Shown here: piece after piece, positions 62,695 through 64,000 of the stretch
Numbering within the stretch: the first letter of the stretch is position 1
Layout of the letters: each line of letters begins with the position of its first letter
Assembly: GCF_001194135.2 (NCBI RefSeq)
Contig: NC_068999.1
Span: forward strand, 4,168,644-4,232,643
Source: Octopus bimaculoides
Taxonomy: Eukaryota
DNA length: 64,000 nt
Direction: 5' to 3'
Made by a program: the position numbers and the translations under genes
Notes under the pieces: model-generated
What the model saw: the letters and a program-made list of their open reading frames with translations, nothing else
Told to the model about the DNA's origin: nothing
The model's database searches: none

Positions 62695-63036
62695 CAAAGG
62701 TTTTCAACCCCCAGGATTCATACGAACCCCCTGGGGGGGGGGGAGCGGGGTCCATGCTAGCAAAATAGTAAATTGGGTATTTACAATAGTGTTTTAAGGA
62801 TCCCTGAAAAATTTCGATTTAGGTGTTTTTATTGCAAGAAACATCCAGGATTCTTTCTCGGATGTTTTGGAATTGTTCAACCTACACAAGAGAGCATGGG
62901 TGAAAAACAACATAGGAATTTCAAAAGAAGTCTCTAAAAAACAAGTTTTTAAACATCGAATGGCGATGAGGGTCCACCAGAAGAGAATAATAATCAAAGG
63001 GGTCCCTAGGTCAAAAAATGGTTGAGAACCCCCATG
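62695..63036. mobile_element. hAT (Charlie-like) non-autonomous element
   Basis: TIRs CAAAGGTTTTCAACC / GGTTGAGAACCCCCATG; flanking 8-mers TTCTAAAC and CTCTGGAC resemble a decayed NTCTAGAN target duplication. Confidence 0.65.
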
Positions 63037-64000
63037 CTCTGGACAAAATATCTGAATTTGCAGAAATATCAAACAGCAAATGTTGACGGAGATATTTTTG
63101 AGTAAAGATTCATTATGGCTGAATGTGGGTGTGTCCTGGGATGCTAGGGTGGATGTTATGACCCTTTATGGTTAGCTGTGTGTATGTGTGGGTGAGTGGG
63201 TGAGTGGGGAGGAACAGGATGGGCATGGGGACGGGTGTGGGGGGTTCTCTGGAGGATTACTAGAAAGGAACCAAAATGATGTAGCTTGCTTGTAAAGTGT
63301 TTTCCTGTGTACTGCAGAAGATAATTAGGGCCCAGCGGAAGGGGTTAGGGTAAGGTAGGAGGCGAGGGTGGGACAGACAGACAGACACAGATGTTCAGCT
63401 GCTGACTGGGAATTCTTCAAATTCCACAGTTGTAAAACTGAAAATGCTCCTATAAGATGTATTACTGCCATCACCACCAACACTACCAGCCAAAAGAGCA
63501 GCTACTATCTTGCATATGCTAGAAATAGCAGCCAAATCTCTCAAATCATACTTCAGCATTTGAGAAAAAAAAACACACGTTAGATAATGGAGTCTTAGAT
63601 ATGCTATGTTTGAATAAAAATAAACAGGATGGTCTCGGATAGAATGTCTTTAGTCATAAGCTTGCTTGACCAACAATAATTACCACCAGCACCACCACCA
63701 CCACTACTACTACTACTGTTGAAGATGGTGAATGGCAGTCTAAACTAGCAACTATTTCCATGACCTGCTGCTGTCTTAACAGGAATGATTGTGACAGACT
63801 GTGTGTGTACGTATGTGTATATATATATGTGTATGTATGTATGTACATTTGTGGGCAGAGCAGAGCTGAGACTGAACAAGAGGATAATGGAATGGTCGGA
63901 CAGCTGGTTGGTATGGGGTGGTGGTGGAGGAGTAAGGAAGGTCTTGGAGATGATAATGAGGGTTGAGAAAAGGTGGAGGAGAGAGAGAGAGAGAGTGGAA

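Overview
Eukaryotic, AT-rich, microsatellite- and SINE-dense genomic DNA with eight N-gaps. The repeat content suggests an octopod cephalopod (inference, not verified). One protein-coding gene occupies most of the window on the minus strand: an FNDC3-family gene (FNDC3A/B-like). I reconstructed 21 complete GT-AG exons (53829 down to 12040; 2874 nt = 958 codons, all splice phases consistent) plus a 22nd exon that runs into a 640-N gap. They encode a Pro/His-rich N-terminal region and nine fibronectin type III domains. The start codon lies beyond the right edge, and the expected C-terminal membrane anchor is probably hidden in the gap 10803-11442. Introns and flanks hold several tRNA-headed SINE families, RTE, R4/Dong-like and Penelope-like retroelement relics, and mariner-, hAT- and piggyBac-like MITEs. 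The most unusual signal is a tRNA-headed SINE whose 3' half carries a minimal type I hammerhead ribozyme motif and ends in the terminal repeat of a Penelope-like element also present in this window. Both SINE copies have an inverted duplicate of their own tail next to the tRNA head, the geometry typical of Penelope insertions. Two near-perfect intronic hairpins and a tandem array of splice-donor copies also merit follow-up.
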